This document shows, in pieces, positions 62,116 to 64,000 of a stretch of DNA of 64,000 nucleotides (its first letter is position 1; each line of letters starts with the position of its first letter). The position numbers and the translations under genes are program-made. A model generated the notes under the pieces. It was not told where the DNA came from. It saw only the letters and a program-made list of their open reading frames with translations, and made no database searches. The DNA is from Spirochaetia bacterium (GTDB lineage Bacteria > Spirochaetota > Spirochaetia > SZUA-6 > Bin103), in the NCBI GenBank assembly GCA_965198005.1, contig CBDAOI010000003.1, forward strand, positions 1,024,001-1,088,000, read 5' to 3'.

Positions 62116-62234
62116 GGCCCTGACCCTAACTCCGTGCGCCGCCTCACGCAAGCAGCCACGTTGTGCGCGGTTGTGCGCGTTGTGCGCTGTGCGTACTTGA
62201 CGTGCCGTCGGTTGCGGGGCTCTAGTCACGCGAC

Positions 62235-63824
62235 ATGTCAGTTCGCGTGCGCTACGCTCCTTCTCCGACCGGCCGCCAGCACGTCGGCAACGTCCGCACC
62301 GCCCTGTTCGACTACCTGCTGGCGCGTTCCTGCGGCGGCACCTTGGTCCTGCGGATCGAGGATACCGACCGCCGACGGTTCGATCCGGGCGCGCTGCAGG
62401 ACGTGTACGACACCCTCACCTGGCTCGGCCTGCAGTGGGACGAGGGGCCGGACGTGGGCGGGCCGCATGCGCCGTACGTGCAGTCGGAGCGGCTCGACTT
62501 CTACCGCACGGTAGCCGAACGGCTGGTGGAGCGCGGCCATGCCTATCGCTGCTACTGCAGCGCCGAGCGGCTGCAGCGGGTGCGCGCCGCCGCCAACGGC
62601 TACGACCGCAAGTGCCGCACCCTGGCGCCCGCCGAGCGGCTGGAGCAGGAGCGCCGCGGCGGCCGCGCCGTGATCCGATTCAAGGTGCCCCTGGAAGGCG
62701 CCACCCGTTGCGATGACCTGCTGCTGGGCACCGTCGAACGGCAGAACCGGGACCTCAGCCCGGATCCCGTGCTGCTGAAGTCGGACGGCTTTCCGACCTA
62801 TCACCTGGCGGCCACGGCCGACGATCACGCGATGCGCATCAGCCACGTGCTGCGCTCCCAGGAGTGGGTGTCGTCGGCGCCGCTGCATCTCCTGATCTTC
62901 GAGGCGTGCGGCTGGCAGCCGCCGCGCTACGTTCATCTGCCGCCGGTGAACGGTCCCGACGGCAAGAAGCTGGGCAAGCGCCACGGCGCCACCAGCGTCG
63001 GCGAATTCCGCGCGCGCGGGTTCCTGCCGGAGGCGCTGGTCAACTGCCTGGCGCTGCTCGGCTGGTCGCCGGGTGACGACCGCGAGCTGTTTCGCCTCGA
63101 GGAGTTGGCGCAGGTGTTCAGCCTCGAGCGGCTCGGCCGCGCCGGGGCGGTGTTCGACCATCGCAAGCTGGAGTGGTTCAACGGCCACTACATTCGTATG
63201 TTGTCGCCGGCGCGGCTGGCCGCGGCCATGGCGCCCTACCTGCAGGCGGCCGGTATCCAGGTGGCGGACGCGGCGCAGGGAGCGGCCCTCGCCGAGCTGT
63301 TGCGCGAGCGGCTGGCGGTGCTGGACGAGGCGCCGGCACGCGCGGCGTTCCTGGCCGCCGACCGGGAGCTTGCGGCGGCGGAGTTGGTGCCCAAGCGGTT
63401 GACCGCCGTCCGGGCGGCGGCGGTGCTGCGCGGCGCGGAGCCGCTGCTGGAGGAGCCGCCCCGGGCGGCGGACGAGCATGCGCTGGAGGAGCGGCTGCGG
63501 GAGCTGGCCGCCACGCTCGGGGTGAAGTTTGGAGACCTGATGATGACGATTCGACTGGCGACGACCGGGAGCAAGGTATCGCCGCCGCTGTTTGGTTCGC
63601 TACGCCTGCTCGGCGGAGAGCGGGTGCGGCGCCGCCTGGCGCAGGCGCAGGCCACGGTCGAAGCGGCGACCGCCGCGGACCGCACGGCGGCGGGCACTGC
63701 CGCCACCACTGAAGCCTCAGCCGAAGCCTCAGCCGAAGCCGGCAACGATGCCACGGCGCCCGCCACAACGCCGGCAACCGCGACCGACGCCCCCGGCGCC
63801 GCCGCCGACCAGCGCGCAGGCTGA
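62235..63824 (+). CDS. gltX: Glutamate--tRNA ligase
   Basis: [25 protein letters not shown]...DDH, KKLGKR, SPPLF. Confidence 0.95.
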   Translation: MSVRVRYAPSPTGRQHVGNVRTALFDYLLARSCGGTLVLRIEDTDRRRFDPGALQDVYDTLTWLGLQWDEGPDVGGPHAPYVQSERLDFYRTVAERLVERGHAYRCYCSAERLQRVRAAANGYDRKCRTLAPAERLEQERRGGRAVIRFKVPLEGATRCDDLLLGTVERQNRDLSPDPVLLKSDGFPTYHLAATADDHAMRISHVLRSQEWVSSAPLHLLIFEACGWQPPRYVHLPPVNGPDGKKLGKRHGATSVGEFRARGFLPEALVNCLALLGWSPGDDRELFRLEELAQVFSLERLGRAGAVFDHRKLEWFNGHYIRMLSPARLAAAMAPYLQAAGIQVADAAQGAALAELLRERLAVLDEAPARAAFLAADRELAAAELVPKRLTAVRAAAVLRGAEPLLEEPPRAADEHALEERLRELAATLGVKFGDLMMTIRLATTGSKVSPPLFGSLRLLGGERVRRRLAQAQATVEAATAADRTAAGTAATTEASAEASAEAGNDATAPATTPATATDAPGAAADQRAG

Positions 63825-63826
63825 CC

Positions 63827-64000
63827 GTGGCAGTTTCCATGGACACCCTGGTGGCGCTGTGCAAGCGGCGCGGCTTCATCTTCCCGTCCAGCGACGTGTA
63901 CGGCGGCCTCGCCTCGGCCTGGGACTACGGCCCCCTCGGCGCGGCCCTCAAGAACCGGCTGCGGGACGTCTGGTGGCGCGAGATGACCCAGCTCCACGAC
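63827..64000 (+). CDS. glyQS: Glycine--tRNA ligase (alpha2 type), 5' part
   Basis: [17 protein letters not shown]...WDYGPLG..LK. Confidence 0.92.
   Translation, partial: MAVSMDTLVALCKRRGFIFPSSDVYGGLASAWDYGPLGAALKNRLRDVWWREMTQLHD

Noticed and set aside
63670-63824. Ala/Thr-rich GltX tail with a 12-bp repeat; similar low-complexity stretches in SecA, Nnr and the LysM protein
   Set aside because: Low-complexity extensions are common in high-GC genomes and show no functional signal

Overview
High-GC bacterial window, most likely Spirochaetota. This is inferred from spirochete-type FlhA/FliP/FliA motifs, a lipoprotein divergent from secA, two EF-G paralogs and many family-5 solute-binding proteins. 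About 1-33 kb is a heavily rearranged accessory zone. It holds a broken SNF2-type helicase with an internally inverted segment, a one-ended IS21 element, intact and fragmented Opp/Dpp-type ABC genes, several toxin-antitoxin modules, a paired ATPase/ATPase-TPR module, and chains of gene fragments. About 33-64 kb is mostly core: a TPP enzyme, fliM-fliN-fliO-fliP-fliQ-fliR-flhB-flhA-flhF-fliA, two LysM/M23 peptidases, secA, nnr, two fusA paralogs flanking a small repeat-bounded islet, pgeF, bioY, gltX and the start of glyQS. The most striking signal is in the flagellar export operon. Its reading frames are intact, but it has lost the parts for substrate switching, filament-chaperone docking and chemotactic input: FlhB NPTH is GGAR, FlhA lacks subdomain D2, the FliP M-gasket is IIV, the FliM CheY-binding peptide is eroded, and flhG and motAB-fliL are not adjacent. 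This suggests a filament-less, possibly repurposed flagellar type III secretion system. All calls come from motif recognition by eye; no searches were run.
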